DNA of 63,786 bases, the filler included, from Basidioascus undulatus (taxonomy: Eukaryota): NCBI GenBank assembly GCA_000826855.1. It is 6 parts of 6 records of this genome, joined end to end, with 100 filler letters (N's around TTAATTAATTAA, not from the genome) between each part and the next. Parts side by side here need not be neighbours in the genome. Positions count along the whole stretch, not along the records: positions 1 to 28,348 come from JTLS01000261.1; 5 more parts are not named here. One strand, 5' to 3'. Below are positions 1 through 13,178 of this stretch, one piece after another. The number at the start of each line of letters is the position of its first letter. The stretch's first letter is position 1. The notes beneath the pieces are model-generated. The model did not search any database and was not told the origin of the DNA. It saw only the letters and a program-made list of their open reading frames with translations. The position numbers and the translations under genes were made by a program.

Positions 1-3000
1 TAGTACGTTTGTGGTGGATTTACCAATCAGTGTTGGGGAGATTGGGAGATGGAGGAGATCTTGGAGGGGAGGAGGGAGGGGACGCTGGGGCTGAGGATGT
101 GAGCCAGGTGAGGGTACGGACGCTGCTCGTGCGTTTTATTTGAGTGTTCCGGGATCACAGCTGAATATGTCCACGATTTCACAGACTTCGCAGTCCCTTT
201 CATACATTTCGCGTCCCCCCCACTTTCTCTTCCTTCTTTTCACCTTAAGGTTCTAGTCCAAAGACCAAAAAACACTATCAACACTCCCTCCCTCTCACTC
301 CCTTCTCGCAGACTTATGCATACCCCCTTTCGGGAACCCTCGTGTTGGCCTTCCTTCGTTGACGCTGTTTTAGTATCTCGTCACGTCTCTCGCACGCACA
401 TACACGCCCCACTCATTCATGCGCACTTTCTCCTTTTTAATATCCTGGGTCTGTGCTAGTTGGGTCGTTGAACTTTGACAGGGGCGCCGCTGTGTTCACG
501 CTGCCAATCCCAACCGTGTTGGACAGCATACGCGAGGAGCGGCGGGCGCTGTATGGAGATATCAGCTGGGGGCGGGATGGTTGATTTCAGTCGTCACAAT
601 TGATGCGATAGTCCACAGATCTTCCCAGTGTAGCGTTGTCCAGGTGTCCGATTGGGCCTCGCTGCAAGAGAATGTCGGAAAACACGGGCCCATGAAAATA
701 CTGGCCTACGTGAGCGAGCGTATACACAAGCTCCCCCCTGGGTATTGTGGTTCTTCACGTTAAGCGCTAGAACTTGAATGCCCCGCATCGTTGCTGTCCG
801 CAGGGGGGGTGCGGAGGGGGAATGGACTCTACACATCAGAATAACCCGCAATTTTATCCAATAATAAATGCCCGGGAGGCTTACAGTCACAGTCGATCTC
901 TTTCTACATTGTATCCGGGGGTGAGGAGCGTTAGTGGCAGTATGATGGAATACATTCGCAAAACTTACCTGGGTTTTGAGTAAGGCTTCCAATATCCGTA
1001 ATAACTACCCCAAAGACCCACCGCCCCCATATGCCGCATACGTCGCCAACATGCTGCATGCCCACAAACGCTTGTTGACCGCGGTTCCCAAGGGATAAAA
1101 GTTAGTGTTACTTAAGATAGGCGACCAAGGAAATAAAGTGACATTGGCCACTTGAAGTGGGTCTTGCCAGTGAAGAGAGGCTATTAGAACCGATGGAAAG
1201 TGAGAAGGACCTCCCACCCGGCGACGCCCTGCAGCCATAAGCAGTTCAGCGGCAGCGTCCACACCATCAACCTGTTGGGTACCTACCAGGAATCCGAGGA
1301 GTAAGCCCTAGAGAGCCTCTGCGTGGAAAGTTATCAGCCTGACCTTCCATGGCGCATACTGAGCTGGCTGGTGGACCCACCGGCATCGCGAGCCAACTCC
1401 TCCTGGCTCAACCAATCAACCATACTGAAAACCTGAGCGAGAGAAGTTATAGATTGCGGGACCCCGGAAACCACCAGAACGTAGGTAACTATTGCTAAGC
1501 TGTTGTCAGTGGATGAGAGCCACGACGAAAGAGGTTGCGTGCGAGCAATGCGATGCGACCAGAGGGAAAACGTGCACAGCGCCTGCAGTCTCGTTATCCT
1601 TCAGCTGAAGACGAGGACGATTGAGTTCCCGATACTTCTCGTGCAACATCAATAACTCGTGTGTGGGTCATGAACGGCGCAGGCTAAGCCGTGACACCTG
1701 GCCCGCAAACACAGTGCCGTGCATGTCCCTCGCGGCATATCGTCCCCATGACAGGGCTGGGCCTTTCGATGTCTATGTTGCACAAGTTTTCCATATTTAT
1801 TAGAAGTAGGTGTTGTACCCCAGATCGAACGAGGGATTGGGTAGTGCGGCCCGCATCAGCGGAAGCCGCGAAGGAGAACCGCAGGAAGACCTGTGGTCAA
1901 ACAGCCTATAATCAAACCGTCTGGCTTCGGGATAAGCCTGTTTTCGTGTACTTATAGGGTAATTATTGCATTTTACTCAATTGGGCGACTCGTCATACTC
2001 GTAAAACAATACCGCGATAGAGGGAGACACTGAGAATGAGTTCGTGGTACAAATGGTAATCTTGCCTTGATCGTGCTAATCTTGCTCATTGATCGTATAC
2101 TGCGCTTGAGTGACAGCGTGTATGAAGTTTGGCATGTTATGAACAACGGGGCCGTCCCGGAAGCCTATGCGGGGATGCTCGAATCTATTCTGAGCGGGGC
2201 TCGCGGTTACCGCTCAGGGTCGACGGCGGGTGCTCGTCCATGCTTCGCAATTATTCTGCGTATGCACGACCGTTCCGAACTGGGCAGAATATGGTGGAAT
2301 GAAAAACATGAACTTCACCACTTTCATCTATATATACTTCATTGCACTTCGGACCGCCAACGCTACCATACATGCCCAAGCGGACTCGCAGCCCACAGAT
2401 AGTATTGGCGCTTCGGCCTCGGCTTCGAGCAAGGCTGGGACGTCCTCTTCGCGTATTTCCCCTCTTCTGGGTCCGCGCAATCTCGCAGTGAAATCGGGTA
2501 CGAGCGCGGGTGGGTCAAGGGCCGCGGGCCGCGGGCCGCAGCCAGTGTGGCAGTGTGAGCGAACCGGCCCTTGCTTCAGGCGGAACTAACCCTTGTGTGC
2601 TATACGGGACAACCCCTCTGGGCACCCTGAAATAAGACAAAAAGGAGTTTATGTTCTGTGGTTGTGAACACTGTCGCTCAACAGACTCTCTGGGAATGTG
2701 ACATACCTACTTTTGTGTAACGAGCCCAGCCCAAGGTATCCATGCGGGTGCATATGGGTACATTGCCAGGTCACTTTCTACCTGACGAAGCGTCCATATT
2801 TCTTTCCTTGCATAATGGGAATCCGCAGCCAAACCACGCCAAAGTAGCACTACTATCAGAGCGAACCATCCCGCAATGTCTCGAGCATGCGACACACCTC
2901 TGTCTGCCTGGCCATCGAGCCTGGCCATAAACTCATGCTCATCCTCGCACGTTGCCTCACCCCACCCGCACTTGCCCCTGAAAGAAAGAAAATAAAACAA

Positions 3001-4027
3001 CGCCCGTCCTACCCTCGGATCTCCAACCCCTGTAATCCCATTCCATGGTGAGGCAAGGCGAGAGAAGCTTCGACGTCAGCTCCTGAGTCTGCCTGAATCG
3101 TTGGGTACAACGACTTGAGCTGATTGGAGCTGGGCTAGCGGTTGCGCTAGGTATCTTGGCAGGGCGCCTTCTTCACCTGTTCATGATGAATGACCCCCTA
3201 ACCCGCATTATCACCCCCGCTATCTCAGTGATCATGCTGCTGCTCGTTATTAATCAGTCGTAACTGACCGATGTGCCACACGATACTTTCCGTTGCTTTC
3301 TCGCTTCACCTGCGCAGCTAGCCGATTGGTAAGAACCGAGAGCGTCTCGAATTCATCTGCAACGGCAAGCAACGGTGTTCGGGTTCTGAACGGGGGTTGC
3401 TCGGCTTGCAAAGTCCAGTGGTACGCTCAGACACGAGAGGGAGAGTTGCTAACCACACACCAGACTGTGCAATCATGCAAAGAACGATGCGACCATTCAT
3501 TTGCCAACTGATCCGAACAGTGCATGTGTGAGCAAGGGAGACAGAAACAGCGTACGATAATAAAATCTTTGCAAGAAAGTACCTGCGATAGAGAGAGGAA
3601 AGACGACAACTAGGGAACAACTGCGCAGGGACGACACAATCATCACAACGACTCTCCGAGTAAACAATGTTACAGCGAATAAGACAAGAATGGGGCAATG
3701 GGAATAGCAATGGTGTACAGAAGGTAAAAATGCGAGGGTAACAGTAACGAGTCAGAGCGATCCGGCGGGGTAGAGGGATTTCAGGGTGGGTAAGACGACA
3801 AGATGAAAGAACGGCAGGAAGCAGGATTGAGAGAATGAAAAACGTTCGTCAAGATGCGGTTCGTGCAGAAGACATGGCCCGGGAGAGAGAGAGTGGGAAT
3901 ATAACGGGAGAAGAGGAGCATGCGGTGATCGGTGAGACTCAATGCAAGAGGCGGCGATGTCAGTCTTGTAATTGATGGAGGCTGGGCGGGAGGGCAAGGG
4001 AAGGAGGAGAGAATGCGATCCAACACT

Positions 4028-6401
4028 CTATCGCGGAGCGTACTCGTCGTCGGCCGAGGAGGACTCGCCAGTGAGGAAGCCGAGGCTGGAGTCGAGCGCC
4101 GGGGGCGGAGGGGCGTAGTGCTCGGGATACGACTTAAGGGTTGCGACCCACGAAGCCGCGGGAGGCGTCTCCTCGGGCGAGGCCGAGCCGGTGTTGGCGG
4201 ACAAGGACGTGTACTCGAGGTTGGGCGTCGAGTGCCCGCTGCGCGACGGCGGCGGCGGCGGCTGGTGCAGCGGCGCGGGGTTCAAGAAGTACGGGCTCTG
4301 CTGCTGCGCCGAACACGCTGCGGGGCTGTTGAGCGCGAGCCCTGCGAACGGGCTGAGGCTCGGCGAGAGCCACTCGGCGCTGTTGGGCGTGGAGGGCACG
4401 ACGGGGCTGCCGGCCGTCCAGTCGCTCGCGCTGCTCGACGCCGTGCTGCACATCGTGTCGCCGCGCGGCCTGAACGGCGCGTCCGGCCCCCCGCCGTCGG
4501 GGCCGGCCTCCTCGTGCACCGCGCCGAAGCCGAACGCGTCCGTGAGCCCCGTGCTTGAGCGCGCCGCCGCGCCGAGGTGGTACGGGGCGGAAGCGGGCGA
4601 GAGGGGCGTGATGGGCGCGAGGCTGCTGCGGCGGGAGGAGCTGGAGGCGACGGAGGCGAGGGAGAGGCGGCGCGAGTCCATGGGCGGGGAGGAGGACGAG
4701 GAGAGCGCGTCGGCGATCGAGGACGAGCGCCAGAAAAAGCCCGGCCGCTGGGGGCCGGCGGACGAATGCGACTGATGCTGCGACCATTGAGGCTCAGTCA
4801 CGGGCCGCGCGGACTGCAGCGGTAGCGGCAGGGGAGGGGGCGCCGAGTACGGGTGCCCGGCGTAGTAGTGGTGGGAGGACGGGTGGGAGACGGTCGACCG
4901 ACGCGGGTGCGGCGGGCGGAGGTGTGCGGGGGGAATCGACCCCGTCGGCGAGCTGTGCCCGTGGTACCCCGCCTCCTGGTTGAGCGCCGTCATCGAGCGC
5001 CGCTTGAGGCCTGCATGGTGGTGCAGCGGCGAGGGAGAGGCCTCCCATCGCTCGGGACCCTGCGCTGGCCCGGGAAGCCCGCTCGTGAGCGGGATGTGCG
5101 GGAGGTACGACCCGCGCCGAGAGGCGATGTTGTCGTCCCCGCCGGTCGCGGGCGAGTACTCGGAGAACGAGGACGGCAGGCCCTCGGAGGTGTATGGGCG
5201 CGCGGAGAGGGACGCATGCGGCGGCGCGATGGGGGAGTGCGCCGGGCCCTCAGAGGTGTACGGGCGGGGCTTCGCGCCCGACTGGGGGTGCGACGTGAGC
5301 GGGGCAGGGGCGGAGTGGGGCGAGGGCTGATGGAGCGTGACGTGTCGCGCGATGTCCGAGTCGAAGAGCGGGCCAAGGACAGGGTCAATCTCGTACTGCG
5401 CCGCGAGCGTCTTTCCGCGCTCAAAGGGAATCCTGTGCAGGCAGTGCGAAAAAGCGTGAGTGAGCGGGATGTGATCGCGATAGCAAGGGGGCAGCCAGGG
5501 GCAAGCAAGGCACAGGGAAGACGTACCAGACGCCCTTGAGCGCGATCGTCCCGACCTTGACGACCGAGCGAACCTTTTCGTTTTTGAGAATGCCGTCACG
5601 CTTGCCGCGGGTGATGTGCGCGAGGTTGAGCAGCTTCGTGCCGTTGACGGTGTTGTTGTCTGGCAGCAGAAGTCTGTCCGTGTTAGTGCTCTGATCGGAA
5701 AATGATCACAGGAGACAAAGAAAGTTGAGAACCAAAGACGAGTTCGACGGCGGGCCGGGGAAGGACCAAGCGCGCTGCCTTCCAAGTTTGGCCGGGAGTG
5801 CATGGGCCCCGCGAGTAAACTATGTCGACAGCCAAGACGAAAGTCGCAGAACCGACGAGCGGCCAACCCCAGACCAAGTCATTGGGAAGCGTGTTGAGCG
5901 CATGGGCAAGGGCGAAGACGCAAAATGGCAAAGCGCCAGGCGGCGGGACGCGCTAGACTGTCGCGTCGCTGATCGCCCTCTTCCAGCCGAGACAACCTTG
6001 TATACTTCGAGCTCGACTCGTGCAGAAATCCACCATGTGGTCCGGAACCCAGGAAAAATGCAGAGGGACGGAGAGTGCTCACCTTGCCTGCGAGCGATGC
6101 AGCCCCCCTCAACCTCGACCTGCCAGACGAGGGTCTGCATCTCCTCCCACCACACCTCGGTGACCTTTGGCCGGGAGTGCTTGAGCTCCGGACTGCCGAC
6201 GCCTGCGCCGACGGCGGGCGCCGGGGGGAGCTGAATGTGGCGCTCTGTCGGGGTCGGAAAGATGGGGAGGGGCGGAGAGGGCGCGAGGGAGAGGCTGAGG
6301 CCCGCCTCGACCGGCGACGACTGATGCTGCTGCTGCTGTTGCTGCTGCTGTTGGCCGTACGGGGTGTACGAGTACGGCGGCGGCTCGAGCGAGAGCGACA
6401 T
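4028..6401 (-). CDS. stuA: APSES-domain transcription factor (StuA/Sok2/Phd1/Ust1 type), 3 exons (6401-6083, 5659-5527, 5432-4028)
   Basis: Splicing at GT..AG sites gives [98 protein letters not shown], the classic APSES domain. The N-terminus carries polyQ and the C-terminus is Ser/Pro-rich. An in-frame upstream ATG at 6467 is also possible. Confidence 0.92.
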
Positions 6402-7047
6402 TGCGGTCGGCAGAGGGGGAACGGATAGAGGAAGAGCATGGGGAGAAGGGCGGGGATGAAGGCGCATATGAGCGAAACTAATATATGGTTTGGAGACATG
6501 GAGAAGACGCTACTTGGCTGAGCCTGATGGGGTCGTGAGGATGCGTGTGGGGCATTGGACACTGCGTGTCGGATCTGGCTAGAAGAAAACAAGGGGTGGA
6601 ACGGTACCGTCGCGCTTCTGTTCCAGGAAAAAGAATAGAAAGAGGCGTAATAGCAATCCGGCAGGCCATGGCCTGCATGGAGTTCGGCCACTGCAGGAGA
6701 TATCGATCTACATTTTCAGCGTCGTTTCGGAACAACATGTCAAAACGATGGACCGGGGGCGGTGCCCACGATCCCTTCCTGGGCCCCCTAGGACCTTGTC
6801 GTCTTCACCGTGGAAGACTGTGGAATAGGCGTGTTCCAATATACAGCCAGAATCCGGAACAACACAATCCAAGCAGTGCTTTGTAACGATGAACATGCGG
6901 TGGTGATCACGGGCCGGGTGCGGTGCGGCCGTATTAACTAACTCCTGGTGAGAACTGCTCTGAATTACGCCGTCACCTGCCTTCTTCCTCTTTCCTCGAC
7001 CCTCTCACTCTTCTGAGCCAGTATACATCGAAATCCCGACACCAGGC

Positions 7048-9684
7048 ATGGCACCGCAGACAGGGAACCGTGCATGCCCGTCTGTTCAACTCTTGCCCCA
7101 CCCCGCGCTTTCGGTCGGAGACGGCTGACTCGTTCCGCTGGTCGTTACCAGCTTCCGAATCTGTATCCTCTCACAAGCCCGGTCTAAGGCGACCGCGCGG
7201 GACGGTATCCTGCCTCCGTTGCAGGAGAGGCAAGAGCAAGTGTGTGGGAGGCGAGCCGTGCCATCGGTGCCAGGAGCGCGGACTTGAGTGTCAATTCCCG
7301 GACACGGTGTACGCACAAGTTCTGAAACACAGTGGTTTGAATCCAGTGCTGGTTCGGAATCGTAAACGCAAGTCAGCAGCCCCGGGGGTTGTAGTCGGCG
7401 AGGTTGACGCGACGGTCGAGCGGGCACCGGTCAATCTCGTTACGAACAGGGGCCATGGAGGGTCAAAAGTGGGTTACATCGCTATGCTTGGCCTGAAAGA
7501 TTAACTTACTTTCAAATTGCTGTCCAGCGGTCCCCACAAGACAGCCCGCGAGCGTGACCACTCCCAGCAGCGATGTCTCTAGCGTACATGCCTTGAGGTC
7601 TCTGAAAGTCCTCCGTCCGTTGCTGATCCTGCATGTGCAGCTTCCATCGTCGTATACCGGTCCCTCATCCCTTCCCGGGCCGTCTACCTCGCTCTCGCCC
7701 TCGAATTCTCTTTCAAACTTCGACTTCGCCAACTCCCAGTGCCGGTCCCAGAGCCGGGCTTTGCCCTTTCTGCCTTCAATGCGCTCCGCAGGCGCGCCTG
7801 TCTTCGCGGGCCAGCCCTTAATGTCCTATGTTCGAGCCACGTGCTGGGATGTGCTCATCAAAGAACTGGCCGATGAAGGGGTCAATCGCAACGCGACGCT
7901 CAAGCAACTGTTTGACATCCTCAAACCCGTGTTCTACGGCAATGGCGAGCCTTTCTATCCGCCCGCAACTGACTTCAATGCTCGAACGTGCAACTGATGT
8001 GGGACAACTGAACACAGAATTTATCGGCGAGGGTTTCCATGTGCCATACGCTCGCAGACGTAGGTCGCTTTGCGTAACATCTCAGCACTGCAATGTTACG
8101 CTTGGTCCGCAGCATTTCCCGCCCCGACACGCGAGGCGACGTCTGTCCCGCTTTCATCTACAGCCTCATGGCTGTCGCACTCGCTCATCAACCCCCCACC
8201 CCCATAACGTCCGCGCGCGCTTTCCGCATGCGAGACCTCGCGCAAGGGGCGCTCCAGGGGGTCATCTACGCCAACCCTCATCAGTTTGGGTGTCGTCCAG
8301 GCCGCGAATGCAAGTACCTGCTCTTCTGTATTCACATGAGATTTGTCCCCGCAGCTCTTGTGCTACTTTGAGCTAATTGCGCACCGTCAAAATTCCTCCG
8401 CTCGTACGTATGCCGCGTAAGGCTCGGTGGTTGCTTTCCGTGGTCGTTTTTTCACTTACCCTGACGATCGTTCAGTTTGATTCTGCTCAACCTCATCGGA
8501 TGTATGAGACTCATGAGCATAGACACGGGGCTGTAAGCTGTACATCATATCTTTCCAGGTGACGGTATGGCTCACTTTCTGCTCCGCGACGTAAGCGACT
8601 GTCAAAGGTTCGACGAGGACGGCGTTTTGCTTCCCGCCGCCAAGCTGTGCTGCAAATCCAATGAGGTGCAATTGCCGATACCTGGCGGCCAGCACCGTTG
8701 GTTACACTCCCTTCAAAAGTGAGTAGGAGCATGTTTTCATTCACCGGCAACTCTTTGAAGTCGAAACATGCGCAGTGGTTCTCGGCCTGAGCAACGCCTC
8801 GACGCTATCGGAGATCCAGAAAGAGGAGGCTCGTCGGTACGCAGCTTCCCTATTCCGAGTTTTTCGCCATAATCACTCACAGCGCACTCCACCCCTGTAG
8901 GCTTGTTTGGAGCGCTGTGGCGAAGGCGGTAAGCGCCGTGAGGCTGGTGAGAATAAGCAGGTGTGCTGATCTTTCTCGATTTAAGTGGCGCCTACAAAAC
9001 TTCGACCCCCTTTTCGCTTCATCCGCTAGATCGCTATGCACCCCTCGGCCCCAGCACTTCGCAGTGTTTCTCCCAGGCGAGGCCCACAAAGTCACGTCGC
9101 CCAACCCTCAGGCGAATAAATTATTTCCGTTCACCATCGCGCAGCAACGGTTCTTTCTTTTTGACTTTCTCATCAGTGCTTAGACAAGGAGCCTTCTGGG
9201 TTCCGGAAAAGCTGTCGTATCTGGAGTTAAAGCACCGCGCGGACGGCATAACCTCGTGCTGTGGGGAAATCGAGCTCAGCTTCGACACCGAGCATGCCTG
9301 CGACCCGGAGAGCAGGCTTGGATGGGTCGTGTTCAACTACTGCTTCATGTGAGACTTTATCCACTTGCATGACGTTCTACGGGGCTAAAATAGGTATAAT
9401 AGGACCCGCCTCATCCTCAGCACCAAGTTCAAGGGGTCGACGGCTTCGCACGCTTAAACGTCTGGGCGACTCAGGCTACGTCGACTATGTGTGAGGCATT
9501 CGGCTCGCAAGATACGAGGATACTTACCAGGTGTAGAACATCATTGCAAATAAAAAAAACCAATGAAACAGCATTCTTGTCACAATCAAGAGTAAGAAGA
9601 GTTCCTGCGATGCCGGAAAGTTACGTTGTGGAGGTGCGTATTGCAGTCTGGCAGGGAACCAAGCAGTCACAGTTTCCGTTTTAG
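7048..9684 (+). CDS. Zn(II)2Cys6 fungal transcription factor, multi-exon; 3' end approximate
   Basis: CLRCRRGKSKCVGGEPCHRCQERGLEC binuclear cluster at ~7211-7290. ATG 7048 splices in frame through an intron at 7070-7151. Downstream exons (CPAFIYSLMAVALA..., EIQKEEARR.LVWSAV) resemble a fungal TF middle region. Confidence 0.75.
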
Positions 9685-9834
9685 GGGCAGGCAAAATAGA
9701 ACGCAAGACCTCTTGGGTAGTCTTCGTTCAATTCTGTCACGGCGCGACTCCATCCAAGTGCAAGACAGGTGAAGACGGCCGCCATGGGTCGAAAAATTGC
9801 TGAAATGAAATATATAGGAAAACATTGTCGCAAC

Positions 9835-9915
9835 AGTTGCGTGTTCTAATGGTTATGATTTCTCTTTCACATTTGAGGACAGAGAAGGTTCCCGGTTCGA
9901 TCCCGGGCGCGACTA
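9835..9915 (+). tRNA. tRNA-Val(CAC) with an 8-nt intron (9872-9879)
   Basis: Acceptor stem AGTTGCG/CGCGACT, anticodon stem TCTCT/AGAGA with CAC at 9868-9870, T-arm CCCGG-TTCGATC-CCGGG, and a downstream TTTT (9918-9921). Confidence 0.85.
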
Positions 9916-11122
9916 TCTTTTGCCCATTCCCATACAGTTTAGTATTACTAAGTTTCCCGGGAGGTCCCGGTCCCACTTCCATGGTCGTCAACAATAACAG
10001 ACATCCATCCTCCGGGTGCCCAAACCTCATCATTCAGGCCTCATTGTATGCTCATACATGCTCACGCTTCCTTGATTCTCACACACCTGCACAAGCCTGC
10101 AACTTGTATACGAGGTCAAAAGTCACACTTGGAGCTGGAGTATGAGCTCCATTAAGACCTACGCAGGTATTTGTCCATTTGCAAGCCTGTGGACTGTTGG
10201 AACTGTCACGACACTGCCTGTTACAGTTGGTTACAGCTCCCTGCTAGGCCATGGCAACCTTTGCCTCGGAACCACCTTCAATCTCCTTCTGCGCTTTTCT
10301 GCTCGTTCATTCTTCACCATCAGCTTTCAGTAGTCCCCAAACAGGCCTTGCTACTCTAGTTTCTGTAGAGTCTCACGTCAAAATTGCCCTCTTGCCTCAA
10401 GGCAAGCTGACCCCGCTTCTCAGGCTTCTTCAGCTTTCGCTCGGTTCCACCGTGAGCTCGGGTATCCACGACACATCATTGAAATCATTGCTTAGCCTAT
10501 CTACATGTTGTGCAAACTTGTTCATGTCGGTTGCGACTATTTCTCCTGGCACTTGCTGAGGTTGCAGTCAGCGGTGCAGCTTCAATGTACCACTCTGCAG
10601 CATGTCACTGGTTAAGCCTACAAGCTCATACAAATCTCATATCATCACGGAGTGAGGTATTACTCATATTCATTGATACACTGAAGCGTAATGCGTACGA
10701 GTTCGGGCCGGTTGAGACCGTCGAACTCCGACTCGGAACATCCGACTCGGAAAACGGAACTTCCAGCACACCAAAGCGCACGGGCCTCTGTCGGTGCACT
10801 ATGACTGTCTATCAAGGTGGATAAGGAGCAAGATCTGCAACTTGGGGCCAACGATACTCACTGACTGTTGCACGTGACGTCAGGAAGCACCGCCTTCGCA
10901 GGTGCCGCGCTGCCGCCCAAGTCTGTTCTGATCTGACCCCCTGACAGCTCTCCGTTCCTTGCTCGCCTATCTCTCACTCTAAATACCATCTACCCCTGCA
11001 TTATCCCCTCCGCTCCCCCGAGACTTAGCAGGCTCTCCGCAATTTCATAAACAGACCGAGACAAAGTCGCAGTCTCTCCCTCTTCACGCTGACTTCAACG
11101 CTCTCGGAACATCAACTCCTCC

Positions 11123-12657
11123 ATGAGTCTCTTCGAATCCGCCCGCAGGCGCCTTTCGTACCGCCGTAACTCGTCATCATCCTCGAGCTCCGGAGCCGCA
11201 CCTTCGCAATTCCCTCAAGCGGTCCCCCTCCCCGAGCCCGTCGTCTCGACCGCACCACCTAGCGTTCCTCCACCACCCTACACTCTCACCACCGAGCCTG
11301 AGCACCTCATCCCACAATCTTCCGCCCAAGTTCGCCGAGCTCAATCCTTCAACGCCCCACTCCCACCCCCGCCCGCACCGCCCAGCGGATCTTCGCACCG
11401 CAGGGTGCAGTCCCACTCGAACAGCAGCAGCGGCGGCGGCAGGAGGGAGCGCGCGGCTCAGCCGCTGGCGGGGGAGTGGGCCACGAGGGCGATGGGTTCC
11501 ATTCGGGAGGGCGCTGAGGACCCGCTGGAATTCTTGAGGCAGTATGACACTGGTGAGCAATATAGCTGTTTATCGCTGGCGATAACGGGATTTGGGCTGA
11601 TGCGCCGGGGTGCGCCAGTCTTCCTGGTGGACGACTCCGGATCTATGGCTGGTGGTCTGTGGAGGGTCAGTCACTTGAAGCACCTGCGGTTTTCAGACTG
11701 TGGTGCTGAGACAGCTCTGAGTACAGCAAGCGCGCGAGGCGCTCGCAGGCGTGGTTTCACTATCGGTGCAGTACGATGAGGACGGCGTCGGTGCGCGATC
11801 TAAGATCGACACTTCTTATAAAGGAGCTTAAATCTCATCTCAATATTCATGTACAGATATCTATTTCCTTAACGACAAGCGCGAAGCTCTGGGTACGAAG
11901 AACGTCTCCCAAGTACGCGAGCTGTTCGACACAGTCGACCCGCGCGGTTCGACTCCTGTGAGCGCGCTTTCCTTGGCTTCTCCATCTCTGTCTTAAGAAT
12001 GGACGTTAAAAGATATTGTACTGCACGTCAGACCGGCACCCGTCTCGAGCACCTGCTCCTCACGTACCTCGACAAGCTGGAAACCTCGCGGGCGGCGAGG
12101 GAGCAGGGATTGCCTTACGATGAGGTCCGGCCTGTGAATATCGTGCGTAATGACTTCGCCCGCATATTATCCCTGAAGTATCCGAGTCTCAATAGAACTA
12201 CGTACTGCAGATCGTCATCACCGACGGGCCCCCAACCGACGACCCCGAGTCGGTCATCGTCGCTGCCGCGCGCCGACTGGACAAGGGCAACTACCCGCTC
12301 GGTCAGCTGGGCGTGCAGTTCATTCAGATCGGGTCCGACCCGTGCGTTCTCGAATCACATTGCTCCCCGCAGCAGACCAGTTCGCTGATCACGCTATATG
12401 CGACCTTGCCAGGGAAGCCAAGGAGTTTCTGGAGGACCTCGACGACGGCCTGGCGGAACGCTACTCCTGCCGTGACGTAGTAGACACCGTACCGTACTCG
12501 GGCATGCTGCTCGACGAGAAGATGATCACGAAGGCGATGATGGGCGCCGTGAACAGACGATACGGCGAGTCTGCGCTGACTCTGGTCGAGACAGCGCTCG
12601 CTTAATAATGCTGACTGACCGTCTACTTTCACAGATCGCCGCAAGAACACTTCTTGA
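11123..12657 (+). CDS. von Willebrand factor A (vWA) domain protein, multi-exon
   Basis: Spliced product contains YDTVFLVDDSGSM (MIDAS DxSxS), RGSTPTG, IVITDGPPTDD and VQFIQIG. The N-terminus is Pro/Ser-rich. The stop is TGA at 12655-12657, after a GC-AG last intron. Confidence 0.88.
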
Positions 12658-13178
12658 GGATCTGGACCGGCGCTTCTTAAATTTTCTGTACCTAATTTGT
12701 GGACCTTCTTTCATCCCCCCTCGTCGTTTTGTGACTCGCCCACGGCCGGAAGACTTTTATCGTCAATTCATACACTGTATTTCTAGCACGTTACTTCATG
12801 GTAAAATTTCTATACTGTATCTGCCGATATGGGAAACTCATGCACTGGCATGCGATATCGCTGATTGTCTGTCTACGGTTGGGCACGTCCGTAGATGCGG
12901 ACCAATGCGGACTGGGCACCGCCGTCGGATGTCTCCCTTCGATGCTTTGGGCTACACAGTTATGACGCTTTGCTTTCGGGTAGCTACTGTCGGGATTACG
13001 GTGGCCTGGCGATGGCGTTGCAGTCATCGCGTGAAAGGAACCGCTGCACCGCACGTGAGATGAGATGTATAGTTAAGTGTGGTATCTAGACGCAAATCAA
13101 CCCGAGAATGATCTAAGAAGAAGCTAACAACATAAAGCGAGAAAGAGCGAGACTGCCTGGCGTGGCCGAGCCTCTGGT

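Noticed and set aside
500..1520. Possible degenerate retroelement fragment
   Set aside because: Frames are interrupted, and I could not identify RT, integrase or gag motifs, terminal repeats or target-site duplications.
3932..5539. Many long overlapping plus-strand and alternate-frame ORFs (also over SLH1, SSD1 and PHO81)
   Set aside because: These are shadows of very GC-rich coding exons. The translations are Arg/Ala/Gly-rich with no motifs.
6323..6352. CAG/CAA repeat tract
   Set aside because: An ordinary polyQ tract in a transcription factor.
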